In this document: in pieces, positions 40,520 to 53,753 of the stretch
How the letters are laid out: each line of letters opens with the position of its first letter
Position numbering within the stretch: position 1 is the first letter of the stretch
Made by a program: the position numbers and the translations under genes
Notes under the pieces: generated by a model
Database searches by the model: none
The model's input: the letters and a program-made list of their open reading frames with translations, nothing else
What the model was told of the DNA's origin: nothing
Source: Laetmonice hystrix
Taxonomy: Eukaryota
Direction of reading: 5' to 3'
DNA: 64,000 nt
NCBI GenBank assembly: GCA_965235115.1
Contig: OZ249440.1
Coordinates: 7,130,001 to 7,194,000 of the forward strand

Positions 40520-40728
40520 CGCCCTCCCTGCTCGACCCTCCATGCTCGACCCTCCCGCCCTCCCCGCTCGGCCCTCCCGCCCTCCCTGCTCGGCCCTCCC
40601 CACTCGGCCCTCCGCCCTCCCTGCTCGGCCCTCCCGCCCTCCCTGCTCGACCCTCACGCCCTCCCCGCTCGGCCCTCCCGCCCTTCCTGCTCGGCCCTCC
40701 CGCCCTCCCCGCTCAGCCATCCCGCCCT
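40520..40728. repeat. C-rich degenerate repeat (CCCTCCCGCTCGG-type)
   Basis: Repeated GCTCGGCCCTCCCGCCCTCCC segments. Confidence 0.85.
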
Positions 40729-41642
40729 CCCGGCTGGCCGGCCGGCGCCCCCCCGGGACGGCGGGCACGACACCGACCCCCGCCCGGCGTGGTCGTCACT
40801 GTACCCGGCCGGGAGAGAGCGGGCAGCACCGGGGCCCACGGGCCGGAAAATAACACCGCCTCCCCCGGGAGCCGGCCAGAGTGTCCTCGGGGCCTACTCA
40901 AATAGCCGCCCTTTTGTGTCGGATTCAAAGAGAAGAGCCCACGGTTAAATATTCGGACATTAATGTATACAGTGAATTAAGCGGTGCATTGCTCGCGGGC
41001 GCGTTCTTAATAAAAGACTCGCGCGTTAAGGTTAACACGAGGCGGAAATGTAATGACGGAACAATTGCTCTTTATTCATGTCAATTTCACTAGATGTTGT
41101 ACGTTGTCATTTCCCGGGGGGACCCCAGCCATTGTACATCGGCCCCGTCCAGCATGCAGGGCAAGGCGTGTAAACGTTTATTAATGGACACAGTAGGAAT
41201 AGGTGCCGTGCATGACGGTGTCTTGTCGCAGACCAAACGCTGCCGTATATACATGTATTATCAAAAGAAAGGTCAATTAATATGTGCAAGGACGCCCTCT
41301 AAACCAAGGACGTCCACACGCTAACGACAATTAAGGGAAGTAATTTATTGATTCTATATGAGGCTATGTTTCTTGAATCATAATTTCGTTGAAAGTATAA
41401 GGACCATGCATTCAGTCGTGCATGCCTGGGTGTAAAAGATTTATGATGCGAGTTACGCCATGTAACCTTCGACCCGATTCTACATGCTATAACATGGTTC
41501 GTGTACAGATAAGAGCTTTACAAATAAAGATACAATTAAATGGTATAAAACAGACGTAAATATAGTTATATTTCTCTGACTTATGTCTGTATACACTCAG
41601 GTGGTGCGCGATCCACATTCTGTCAGAACGTAATTTTAATGA

Positions 41643-42286
41643 ACATTTTACTCAACGATTCATATATCCCTCAATCTGTGACATTTTACTCAACGATTCA
41701 TATATCCCTCAATCTGTGACATTTTACTCAACGATTCATATATCCCTCAATCTGCGACATTTTACTCAACGATTCATATATCACTCAATCTGTGACATTT
41801 TACTCAACGATTCATATATCCCTCAATCTGTGACATTTTACTCAACGATTCATATATCCCTCAATCTGTGACATTTTACTCAACGATTCATATATCCCTC
41901 AATCTGTGACATTTTACTCAACGATTCATATATCCATCTGTGACATTTTACTCAACGATTCATATATCCCTCAATCTGTGACATTTTACTCAACGATTCA
42001 TATATCTCTCAATCTGTGACATTTTACTCAACGATTCATATATCCCTCAATCTGTGACATTTTACTCAACGATTCATATATCTCTCAATCTGTGACACTT
42101 TACTCAACGATTCATATATCCCTCAATCTGTGACATTTTACTCAACGCTTCATATATTCCTCAATCTGTGACATTTTACTCAACGATTCATATATCCCTC
42201 AATCTGTGACATTTTACTCAACGATTCATATATCCCTCAATCTGTGACATTTTACTCAACGATTCATATATCCCTCAATCTGTGAC
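41643..42286. repeat. AT-rich minisatellite, 38-bp unit, about 17 copies
   Basis: ACATTTTACTCAACGATTCATATATCCCTCAATCTGTG repeated. Confidence 0.97.
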
Positions 42287-43916
42287 ACAAATTAGCACAA
42301 TCGGCGCCGTGCGCGTGAGGAATTGTTACAAAGGGAAGAAAATTAATCGCGTTTACTTAATGCGCTATTAAATCGACGATCAAACACGTGAACACGGTAA
42401 TGATTGCAAACTAGATTCACTTAAGTGTTGCGTGCAATGCTGTCCTTGTGACGTCCATCATAGCTGCATGCTGATGAGCGTCTCAGGGCCGCATGTCTCA
42501 GACCAAACTTTTACTGCGGTATACTTCCCCAGAATGTACATAGCCGACGGCAACGCCACAGTATATCACCGTCTGTAAGAGTTTTAACAAACACTTGCGA
42601 CTGGCACTAGTCATGCGTGAATTAAACTCCCGTCTTGCTGCCTTCAATTAGACAGCAGTTTTTGCAATGGTATAATGTTTGACGTCACCCGCGGCAGATT
42701 ATAGTCCGCAGTGTGTGTAGCGGTCAATATTAGGATCGATCATGTATGAGGCCATAGATCTGTCTGAATAAATGATGGGTGATACATCTCGGGTTATAAT
42801 GGTCTACCTATATAGACTGATTTGTGACAACTATACTTCATCATTCTATGAAATACAAAAATGTAAGAATATCGTACGATTATGCACATCAGAGCTGCAC
42901 ATATTAAAACATGATAATCCCCCACTTACCTGTCCTATTCCCGAAGTCCGAAATGGTACTACGTTGGTCGGGGGTAACAACCGATAACAGAACAGTCCTA
43001 TCAAAACTAGGACACACAGAGCTGTTTGAAATTTGAAATTTTATGCGCTAGGGAATAGGACAGGTAAGTGTTGGGATTAAGGTATTTCTGTTAATGTTAA
43101 ACTTAGGACGGCTCTTAAAGGCCGTTTTTATATATACCATGGGATGATTGGAAGATTTCCTTCTTTTTGATAAAGAAGTCACAGTGAACCATGCGATCAT
43201 TGGAAGATTTCCTTCTCTTTGATAAAGAAGTAACAGTGTCGACACATCACATGCGTGCATGTTCAGAAGCCCGCTTGTGGTGCCCTCTGGTGTGGCGTGT
43301 ATTCAATAGAATGACAATACTGCAGGCATTTGTTATCAAGAGAAAAGAAAGTCCATGCAGTATATACTAGGCCCTATATCATGTAGATCGATTGCCTATA
43401 TTAGGACCAGCAAACACTCGTATAATCTTTTAGTGACTCAACATGCCTGTCCCTAAAGACACAGTTTAGACTAATGCTTTCAGAAAATACTTCTTTTTCA
43501 CCACAGAAAATGTCCCTTCAGGAATGTATGTATATGTGAAGCAGTATAGGATCACATTATAGCACCGAGTGCAAACTTTACTATTGTTGTCATTGTTAAT
43601 TCTTGACCAGTGAATCAGTTCAGACCCGGCCAGTAGAAAAAGGTTACTGAGTGATCTTCACAAATCACCGGTATTGGCAGTGCCTTAAAGACGTCTACTA
43701 GCTCCAAGGTACAGTGACAGTGTGTTATAAAAACCTTGCATATATTGTCAATAGCGTCATTGGAAGGATCTCGGGGCTTTGATTCTCTGCACATACATGG
43801 TTGATTTGAGAGGGATCACATTCCAAGACGGTAGCCGCGCTTGTGATCAGAACAAAGAGTGTTTATAATCATGGGATGTGGAGGTATGGGCCCACCGTGC
43901 CAGGAATCCCCTGGCC

Positions 43917-44677
43917 GCGCCCAGCGAGCCCCCGGCCGCCCCCAGCGAGCCCCCGGCCTCCCCCAGCGAGCCCCCCGGCCTCCCCCAGCGAGTCCGCAGC
44001 CGCCCCCAGCGAGCCCCCGGCCGCCCCCAGCGAGCCCCCGGCCTCCCCCAGCGAGCCCCCGGCTGCCCCCAGCGAGCCCCGGGCCGCCCCCAGCGAGTCC
44101 GCAGCCGCCCCCAGCGAGCCCCCGGCCTCCCCTAGCGAGCCCCTGGCCTCCTCCAGCGAGCCTCTGGCCTCCCCTAGCGAGCCCCCGGCCGTCCTCAGCG
44201 AGTCCCCGGCCGCCCCCAGCGAGCTCCCGGCCTCCCCCAGCGAGCCCTCGGCCTCCCCTATATAGCGAGCCCCCGGCCTCCTCCAGCGAGCCCCCGGCCG
44301 CCCCCAGCCAGTCCCCTGCCGCCCCCAGCGAGCCCCCCTGCCGCCCCCAGCGAGCCCCCCCCCCCCCCGGCCGCCCCCAGCGAGTCCCCCGGCCGCCCCC
44401 AGCGAGTCCCCGGCCGCCCCCAGCGAGCTCCCGGCCTCCCCCAGCGAGCCCTCGGCCTCCCCTATATAGCGAGCCCCCGGCCGCCCCCAGAGAGTCCTTG
44501 GCCTCCCCTATATAGCGAGCCCCCGGCCTCCTCCAGCGAGTCCCCCGGCCGCCCCCAGCGAGTTCCCCGGCCTCCCCCAGCGAGTCCCCGGCCGCCCCCA
44601 GCCAGTCCCCGGCCTCCCCCAGCGAGCCCCCCGGCTGCCCCCAGCCAGTCCCCGGCCGCCCCCAGCGAGCCCCCAGC
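43917..44677. repeat. C-rich 21-bp minisatellite, about 35 copies
   Basis: CCCCCAGCGAGCCCCCGGC(CG/CT) repeated. Confidence 0.95.
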
Positions 44678-45811
44678 CCGTCCCTCAACAATATACCGCC
44701 GAGGTGCCGTCGTGCACTGTGTTCCCCCTATATATTACAATGTAGCCTACATGTATACCCTGTGTATACTCTCGAGTCCACCACCCATGCACAGCCTGCA
44801 TGGCCCTAATCAACGCCTTGATCCGGCTGGACGGATTTCCTTGCGATTAATTAGTTTAAACTATGAAACAGACCCTACACGGTTTATTTCCCATCCATGC
44901 CATTATTGTGAAAAAGGTATTTCATCCTTTAAAAAACAGAAACATGTTGATAGATGCACAGTAAGACAAAATATAAAAAAATATATCACGATATATAAAC
45001 AGTATATTATAAGTTTTGAGTCATAAAAAAAGGAAATAGGCCTAGACCTATATGCCTATGTATAGTCGGGGGGTTTCCCGACTCGATAGATATTAGAAAC
45101 ATGCCGATAGCTGCATTCAAATATGGATGAAATCAAATTAGTTAAGGGTTATAAATATACAAACCCTCATGACATTAATTTGGCTAAATAGCATGTAACC
45201 GGAGGTACTTGGTATAGTTAAATTTTTTATTACACGTATCTTTTATCGCTATCCCGGTAACTATTAGATGATGGGCCTCAGTTAATCGGTTTACAGAGCT
45301 TGGTCTTGTTATGCTGGGTTATATATGGTTGCCTGGTAAACAATAAGTGTATGTATATCACCCGGCTATGTCACGGGGTTATAATGATATAGCCCATATA
45401 ATCCCCCACATACACTTGCCTCAGAACTAGCTGGGATTGAAATTTTACTTAGAGACTGGTCTATACAAGAATGGGTATCTCAGACTTAGTTCTGTCATAC
45501 AATATACCAACTCTGTACTGCGGGATACATACATACAGTTCTCCTGAAGGCACCTTGCCTGCACATATCGCACCTATATGCTGTGATAGTTTTTTCAGCT
45601 GTCCACCTTAATCAAAGATCCGCAGACACCTGCGCGTGGGCTGTTACCTAGGTTAATGGTTATCTGTGCTACGATTAATGACTTTGAATGCGACATCTTC
45701 ACCTATGCCCACTGTAATCTGTCTTCACTTGCCGCTTGGGCGTCAGCTGCGTCCCAATGTAACAAGACAGGTGATTGGTTGAGGGCAACAGATGCCTTTC
45801 AAGACACTGCT

Positions 45812-47096
45812 GCGCCGTGGAGGTCGACGAGTAGCTCCTCATGCAGTCAGCCTACTAATAGCACTAGTAGATTCTGAAGGCGCCGTGGAGGTCGACGAGT
45901 GGCTCCTCATGCAGTCAGCCTACTAATAGCACTAGTAGGTTCTGAAGGCGCCGTGGAGGTCGACGAGTGGCTCCTCATGCAGTCAGCCTACTAATAGCAC
46001 TAGTAGATTCTGAAGGCGCCGTGGAGGTCGACGAGTGGCTCCTCATGCAGTCAGCCTACTAATAGCACTAGTAGGTTCTGAAGGCGCCGTGGAGGTCGAC
46101 GAGTGGCTCCTCATGCAGTCAGCCTACTAATAGCACTAGTAGATTCTGAAGGCAATGATTTCAGTCAGCCTACTAATAGCACTAGTAGATTCTGAAGGCG
46201 CCGTGGAGGTCGACGAGTGGCTCCTCGTGCAGTCAGCCTACTAATAGCACTAGTAGGTTCTGAAGGCAATGATTCGCCGTGGAGGTCGACGAGTAGCTCC
46301 TCATGCAGTCAGCCTACTAATAGCACTAGTAGGTTCTGAAGGCAATGATTTCTGCGCCGTGGAGGTCGACGAGTGGCTCCTCATGCAGTCAGCCTACTAA
46401 TATAGCACTAGTAGATTCTGAAGGCAATGATTTCAGTCAGCCTACTAATAGCACTAGTAGGTTCTGAAGGCAATGATTTCTGCGCCGTGGAGGTCGACGA
46501 GTGGCTCCTCATGCAGTCAGCCTACTAATAGCACTAGTAGATTCTGAAGGCGCCGTGGAGGTCGACGAGTGGCTCCTCGTGCAGTCAGCCTACTAATAGC
46601 ACTAGTAGGTTCTGAAGGCAATGATTCGCCGTGGAGGTCGACGAGTAGCTCCTCATGCGGTCAGCCTACTAATAGCACTAGTAGGTTCTGAAGGCGCCGT
46701 GGAGGTCGACGAGTAGCTCCTCATGCAGTCAGCCTACTAATAGCACTAGTAGATTCTGAAGGCAATGATTTCTGCGCCGTGGAGGTCGACGAGTGGCTCC
46801 TCATGCAGTCAGCCTACTAATATAGCACTAGTAGATTCTGAAGGCAATGATTTCAGTCAGCCTACTAATAGCACTAGTAGATTCTGAAGGCAATGATTTC
46901 TGCGCCGTGGAGGTCGACGAGTGGCTCCTCATGCAGTCAGCCTACTAATATAGCACTAGTAGATTCTGAAGGCAATGATTTCAGTCAGCCTACTAATAGC
47001 ACTAGTAGGTTCTGAAGGCGCCGTGGAGGTCGACGAGTGGCTCCTCATGCAGTTAGCCTACTAATAGCACAAGTAGATTCTGAAGGCAATGATTTC
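45812..47096. repeat. Modular minisatellite (about 68-bp core with optional modules)
   Basis: GCGCCGTGGAGGTCGACGAGTGGCTCCTCATGCA + GTCAGCCTACTAATAGCACTAGTAG(A/G)TTCTGAAG, with or without GCAATGATTTC. Confidence 0.96.
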
Positions 47097-49995
47097 AAAG
47101 GGCCTTGTGGGTTTATACTGCCAAGTGTATATTTGATGTACTAATCACTTCCTTGGTAACCATAATCGCCCACGGGGTTATTCAGACTATCACACTTGTA
47201 TTATGGGAGAAAGGGCGTGTAAGATTACTTATCAAAATCTGCAGATATAGTGGTATAAAAACACCTTGTCGAACTTTGACATTAAATATTTCAGAAGCCC
47301 TGTGTCACAACATTCTGAGAACTTACAGCTGTAAACAAGTTGATATTTTTAACATTTGTTGAAAATTTTAAGTTGCAATCTCAAATAGCCTTATAATATG
47401 TGAGACCAAAATTCAATGCGTGTCCAATTGACCACCTGTTCAAGTAAAAGCAGGAAGGACGTGATTACAACAAAGTCTGGAACAGCAATTTTTGAGACAC
47501 AATTGTGCATGTCTATGCGCTGAATCCGTACAGATGTACCTAAATTGGACCACCAATGTTTCCCTGAGTGGTGATCATTTTGTACTAGATGTCAGTGCTG
47601 CCACCCAGTGGCAAACGTCCTAGGCGTCATAATCAAGCAGAAGACATTTCCTAGACCTTTTTAATGATGGTTCATTTTAGTTTTGATCGAACTTGCAAAG
47701 TTCCTTATCTAAGGCTTCTCCATCATTAAAATATATTTTTAATATGAATTCCCCCATCAGCAATGAGAGTGGTTACAATTTGGAACCTGGCTTCATTTGA
47801 CCCAGTTGGAACTATAAAGTGGACCACAGAAGTTAAGCTTTGTACATGATCTCTTCAAATAGTTAACTGAAATATCAATCTTGGGATCTTATATCCTACC
47901 TGTGATGTATTTTTTATGATGTGGGAAATATAGGAGAAAATAGAAATAGAAATCAAAGCTGGTCCAAATTTGTGTGGTCCAATTTTGGACACATGGGCCC
48001 TAAATTGGACCATTTCTATTTTTCAAAAATCTATTTTCACAGCTGACTGTAAATAATAATATAGAGCAATATCAGTTATGTCTATACGACACTAGGCCAG
48101 CCCTATCCAAAACAAAAAGGTGCAATCAAAATTCTTTAAAAATATGAGATTTATTAGTGAAACATCTTAGGGGGTTCAATATTGTAAGTTGGACATTGGT
48201 TTGTGGTGGTATACCCCAGAGACGTGACCCCTCATCCCTGGTTACCTCTAATAGGACCTCATTAACCTGGGGCACATCCCTTTGGCTGGCCACCTTGTCC
48301 TGTCAGTCCCAGCACCCGCTGCTAATGTCACAGACCGACCGCCGACATTCCAGCCATAGCACGCGTTCAAACTGCGCAGACGACAGTCGGCTTTCGTCCG
48401 TCCCGTCGTCCATTGCGGCGCGCCATCTTGTTACAGCTGCTTTGACGTGAGGGATCGAAGACAACACAACAAATCCTACGACTGACGGCCTCGAACTTCT
48501 CGGTATGGCGAGAATTTCAACAGGTTGTCTATTTGTGCAAACCCCACCTGCTTCATTTGGGATATTTGAGCAAACTGCCGGGTGACATGCTTTAAACGGC
48601 ACGAGTTTTTGTCAGCCCGAACATGGCATGCCATTTGACACACCAGCTTTCACGTCATGTTGCTGTCAGTCATGTAGATTGACTAAAATGGAACGCGTGT
48701 TTTTACTGAAGGAAATGTGGAAAGAAATGTCATCATATTCATGATAAGAATGTTATAAGAGCTTCAGAAGAGACATGATATTGATGGTGTATTTGACTTA
48801 AAAGAGTGTGGCTTTATAGTTCTTTTTGGGGCCTTCTGAAAATGCCTTTTTTTAGAATTATCAAATACGTTCGTCTTTATGTTCTTAGTCTGAACATATT
48901 CCGATGACTACATAAGTTATCAGTTGTTTCTGTTATACTATAGTCAACATACAAGGAATGTATGTACATATGAATGATGATAATTCTATCATTTTATGTT
49001 CATTTACAACATGCATTAAACAATGCACAACACCACTGAGATAGTTCGTACCCATGATGAATTATAATCGATCTTTTATGGGCAATATGTATCATCATTT
49101 TTGTTAAATTTTCATTATTCTTGCTAGATATACAACGTTGACGCTTGTTCTAGAATCTAGATGCACATTGATTGTTGGATATTTTGGCACGGATTATACT
49201 TCCGGCAAATCGACAGCCGTATATCCTATTGCTATTGATGTGATCAGCCAAAATGAGAGTTGTCTTCTGCTAAAATTTGCTCGCAACTCCTCAACACGCC
49301 AAGAGCCCGTCTCGTCTCGTACGAAAATTCATTACTCGGGCTCTCTTGCCAAGAGGTGTGTAGCCGACGAATTTGTCACCTGCAGGACCACGTCACATCA
49401 TGCAGAGGAAAACTTGATGCAGGATAGTTGCAATGCTTATCCCTCACAAAAAGACCTGTGATACTGATCGTTTTGTGACCATCGTTTCTTGCAAACATAT
49501 TCAGCAGGAAACATTTGAGTAAGCAGGAGGGGTTTGCTTGTTCGTTGAGGTGCGGCCCACTGCTCGTTAGAGAGCCGCGTCATTTGCACCTCGCGACGTG
49601 GCCAGCAACGAGCCGGGCAGACGACATCCCGGTAAGTGGTTTTAGGCAGCGGCCAATCAGACGGGATGTGACAATTGACGACTCGGTCGGGAATGAGATG
49701 TGACACGTCGAAAATGGACACTTGGCTCAGCTACGCTTGTCACGTTAGCCCTGGGCTCCCACGAGGTACAACCGGGGCAGTTCGGATGGCCAGAGCTGGA
49801 ATTGAGCTCGACGGAGCATCCAAAGCCACACACGACGTAAGACCTGGCAAGGAATCGAGTCAGTCTCTTTGTGATTCCGACGTGGCCTGAGTGATCTTGG
49901 TTCAAACAAGAAATGTTAGCCAGACTTCCACCTCGGAACGGCCTGAGAACGTGTGCCCATTGGTGTAATACATGTATGAATTTACGGCAGGGAGG

Positions 49996-50088
49996 GCGAG
50001 AGAGAGAGAGAGAGAGAGAGTGGGGGAGCGAGGGAGGGGGAGAGGGGGAGGGAGAGATAGAGAGAGAGAGAGAGTGAGGGAGCGAGGG
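49996..50088. repeat. Polypurine (GA)n / GGAG tract running into an assembly gap
   Basis: GAGAGAGA...GGGAGCGAGGG directly before the N-run. Confidence 0.9.
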
Positions 50089-50227
50089 NNNNNNNNNNNN
50101 NNNNNNNNNNNNNNNNNNNNNNNNNNNNNNNNNNNNNNNNNNNNNNNNNNNNNNNNNNNNNNNNNNNNNNNNNNNNNNNNNNNNNNNNNNNNNNNNNNNN
50201 NNNNNNNNNNNNNNNNNNNNNNNNNNN
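50089..50227. other. Assembly gap (139 N)
   Basis: N-run. Confidence 1.
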
Positions 50228-51295
50228 AGCATCACTAATTGGGAATTGGTTGATTATTTGACCGATATACTAGTATTCTTCGGATCTCGATCATGACATG
50301 TCGTTGGTATATTCCCGATATATATGCATAAAGATCAGTCGGTTTAAGAGTGCTCGGAAAGATAAAACTAAAAAAAACATCTGCTTTTGTTAGCCAGATA
50401 TTGCCCAAAGAATACGTGTGTATAATATAATGCCGATCGAGTCAGATAATAACTACAGGCGGTATATGAATGGCAAGATTCGTGAAGCAGAGGTCAGAAA
50501 GGTTGATGATGCCTTCAGTCGTGACAGGACTCGACACATATAGACAAGATAGGAATGAGCATGAAGATGGGCACGGATAGGGGGGGTGGAGATCGAGGAG
50601 GAGAAATCCCCGCAGACCGAGTGGGTCAACAATGATGGTCTCCTACTGATAGCCTGACGTGTTCGTGTCTCTCTCAACCATTCCATGCCACCCCGGACCC
50701 CCGGACCCCGGCGGCTCAACCCGCGGTCAGCACGATCATGCTTAGTCTACTTCAACCATTGCAAATTGCCACAAATTGCCAGTTGACCTGGCGGTCTTGG
50801 AAATGTACACAGGGTATAGAGATAGTAAATCCGTCACACGAATGACGTCTCTCCAGCTTTATACTGCTGGTGTAAACGGAAACAAGAAAACCTATGTTGA
50901 TCACCCGTGCTTCCAAATTGCTTGGTTTTGGAGAAGTTTAATGCTTAGCCTCTGTGCCAAGCTAGCCCGGGCAGTAAATGAAACCTCGTCCCAAGATGTC
51001 CAGCCCGATCACGTAGCCAACTTGTATGATTATTGTTCGGGCCTCCAAAGGAAGCACGCCTGCGTGTTTGAGATGTCATTATGTATGCCCCGCTATCATT
51101 TTTCAAAGAAGGTGACAACTTATACAATGTAGTTGTAACTGCTTGACCAGGACATATTTTGTACCTCAAAATGTGGCGCATACTCACGATGGTGTCCATG
51201 CGGACAACAGCTTGGATGTAGGGGGGACTTGATGGACATGACTACATATTATATTGGCAGCTCGGGCCGGAACCGCACACACCATTTACCATGTT

Positions 51296-51489
51296 GTTTT
51301 GGTGTCAGCGGGTTGTATTGACTTTTTGGTGTCAGCGGGTTGTATTGACTTTTTGGTGTCAGCGGGTTGTATTGACTTTTTGGTGTCAGCGGGTTGTATT
51401 GACTTTTTGGTGTCAGCGGGTTGTATTGACTTTTTGGTGTTAGCGGATTGTATTGACTTTTTGGTGTCAGCGGGTTGTATTGACTTTTT
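51296..51489. repeat. Minisatellite, 27-bp unit x7
   Basis: GGTGTCAGCGGGTTGTATTGACTTTTT repeated. Confidence 0.95.
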
Positions 51490-51952
51490 TTGGTTGATAA
51501 TAACAGAGGTCGGACGTGTGGGTTGCTCCCATCAACTTCATTCTTACCATTATCACGCTATTCGTGATCGATGGCGGCAGTGATTGAACATAATATACGA
51601 ATACATGTATATTTGTCAGTGGTCTAATTTTAGGTCCACTAAGAGTGGATGATATTTCCCCCTCTTTGCTTGCAATGTGACAAGATCTGTGTCAATCATC
51701 AATTAATGTTACCTATATACATGTAATGAGGTTTTCTCATCAATATTATCATGATATAGGTACACAAAATAGCGGAAGTGTAAGGCCTATCGAAAATGTC
51801 ATAATTTATGTGATGATTGACTATATCAATATACTATACGCTACATTGAAAATGATCGAAAGCCTATTTAACACTCGGCTGATCAAACAACATATTGGCT
51901 CTAATATTGACTTATCAATTGACTAAAACCGTCAGCCATTTCATGGATAGCG

Positions 51953-52314
51953 AGAACGGAAGTCAAGTAGCGCTATGCTCTCATGGTTTACAACGATGAC
52001 GGTTTGGCCTTCACCACGATTGGGAAATCAGAGGGAACGGAAGCGGGAAGGGAAGTCAAATAGCGCTATGCTCTCATTGTTTACAACGATGAGGGTTTGG
52101 CCTTCACCACGATTGGGAAATTAGAGGGAACGGAAGCGGGAAGGGAAGTCAAGTAGCGCTATGCTCTCATTGTTTACAACGATGACGGTTTGGCCTTCAC
52201 CACGATTGGGAAATTAGAGGGAACGGAAGCGGGAAGGGAAGTCAAGTAGCGCTATGCTCTCATTGTTTACAACGATGACGGTTTGGCCTTCACCACGATT
52301 GGGAAATCAGAGGT
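51953..52314. repeat. Tandem repeat, 93-bp unit, about 4 copies
   Basis: AGTCAA(G/A)TAGCGCTATGCTCTC at 51961, 52054, 52147 and 52240. Confidence 0.95.
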
Positions 52315-53753
52315 ATTTAAGCCGACTCCGACTGTTGCATCGATCTTCACCAACTCCACGATCTAAAATATTGGCAGTGAAGTAATTGAATGAACAATAA
52401 ATTAAGACACTTTGTTTTCATTACGCGTCTCGCTGGGGAATGATCACGCAGCTTTCCATTAGGGCGAAAGCTTTGGCGAGAATGTAAATAATGTATCGTC
52501 ATTAGTCATAGTCGTGATGAAAAACACATGGAGATTATATGGTAATGTGATAAGTAATGATTAATTATAGTTTCCGTAGGGCCCCATGGGTACAAGGTAA
52601 AAGGTATGAGGATGACTAGAGAGAGGAAACACCCCAGTCTCTGGCCATCGTCTGTTTGCCATCATCCGACAGTGGGTAGTAAACAGTATTGTCCGGGTAG
52701 TGAGCACTGAAAATACCATCATGTTTGTACATATTTGGTCAGCTTATGAAACCTATTTTGCCCTTTCTCTATACTCTAACTGTCATTATAGCTGATATTC
52801 CTGTCATGCATATAATTCCCTATAGACATTCCTTCAATGAACGGTTATAATATACACATAGGCCGACAAGCCATATATAGTCCAAATTGTAAACTCGACC
52901 ATAGGGACACACACTTATGTTTGATGTGAAAGATTGAGAGTATCAAAATGAACCCATGGGGGAAATACAGCCGTCTTTGTCAGAACTTTTTACCGATGCA
53001 GCGAGAGTTCCGGCGTATAATGTTTGCACATCGCGCCCGTATGGTCTGGCGCGAAACACGCGTCATTATCGTCTGCTTGTGTTAAACCGTCGCCACCATT
53101 CACATCATGTTTGTACTCAGGCGACTAATCGAATCTTTCTCTCCGATCAACCGCAAAGTAAATGTTAACATCAAATAGAGCGGAATAATATGGTCCTTCA
53201 ATTCGTTTAACAGCCTAATCGAATCCGGAAAAGACCCACACACAGTACTGAAGCAGTTGTGTACTTCTACGAAAACAAATGCGGCGATCAAATTATTGCA
53301 CAAAAATGAATTAAGCACAGCGCTCCTCTATCCACTGGAAGACGATGACAAGAATAAGACCTATTTTGGTACATGCGCTGAAATAATACAAATGTCCTGT
53401 TGAGTATAGTTTTCCATGCACTTCGCCTTTCCCTTCTGGTTGTTTGCACCCTTGGTCAGGCATGTTGCCTTGTTTTGGGTAATGGCGTGACCATGTTTTG
53501 AAACATGTATCCTGAAGAGGTCATTGACTTTGACAGTATTCAATGATGGTTGATCGCGGAAACATGGTAACTATCCACCCATGCCACACTGAAGGCAGGT
53601 GGCACAGGAAACACGTGTTACATGCATGCATACCCTGGGCCAGTCGGGTAGATACATACTGAAGAGTATAGTCTACTGATGTATAGGGGCACAACCATTT
53701 AAGGTTTGCCGTGAGGCCTATTTGCTCTTTTTTGTTTTTTGTTTTTTGTCAAC

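Noticed and set aside
50776-51199. Overlapping 84-118-aa ORFs in unique intronic sequence
   Set aside because: No recognisable motif or splice context, and the lengths are within chance expectation.
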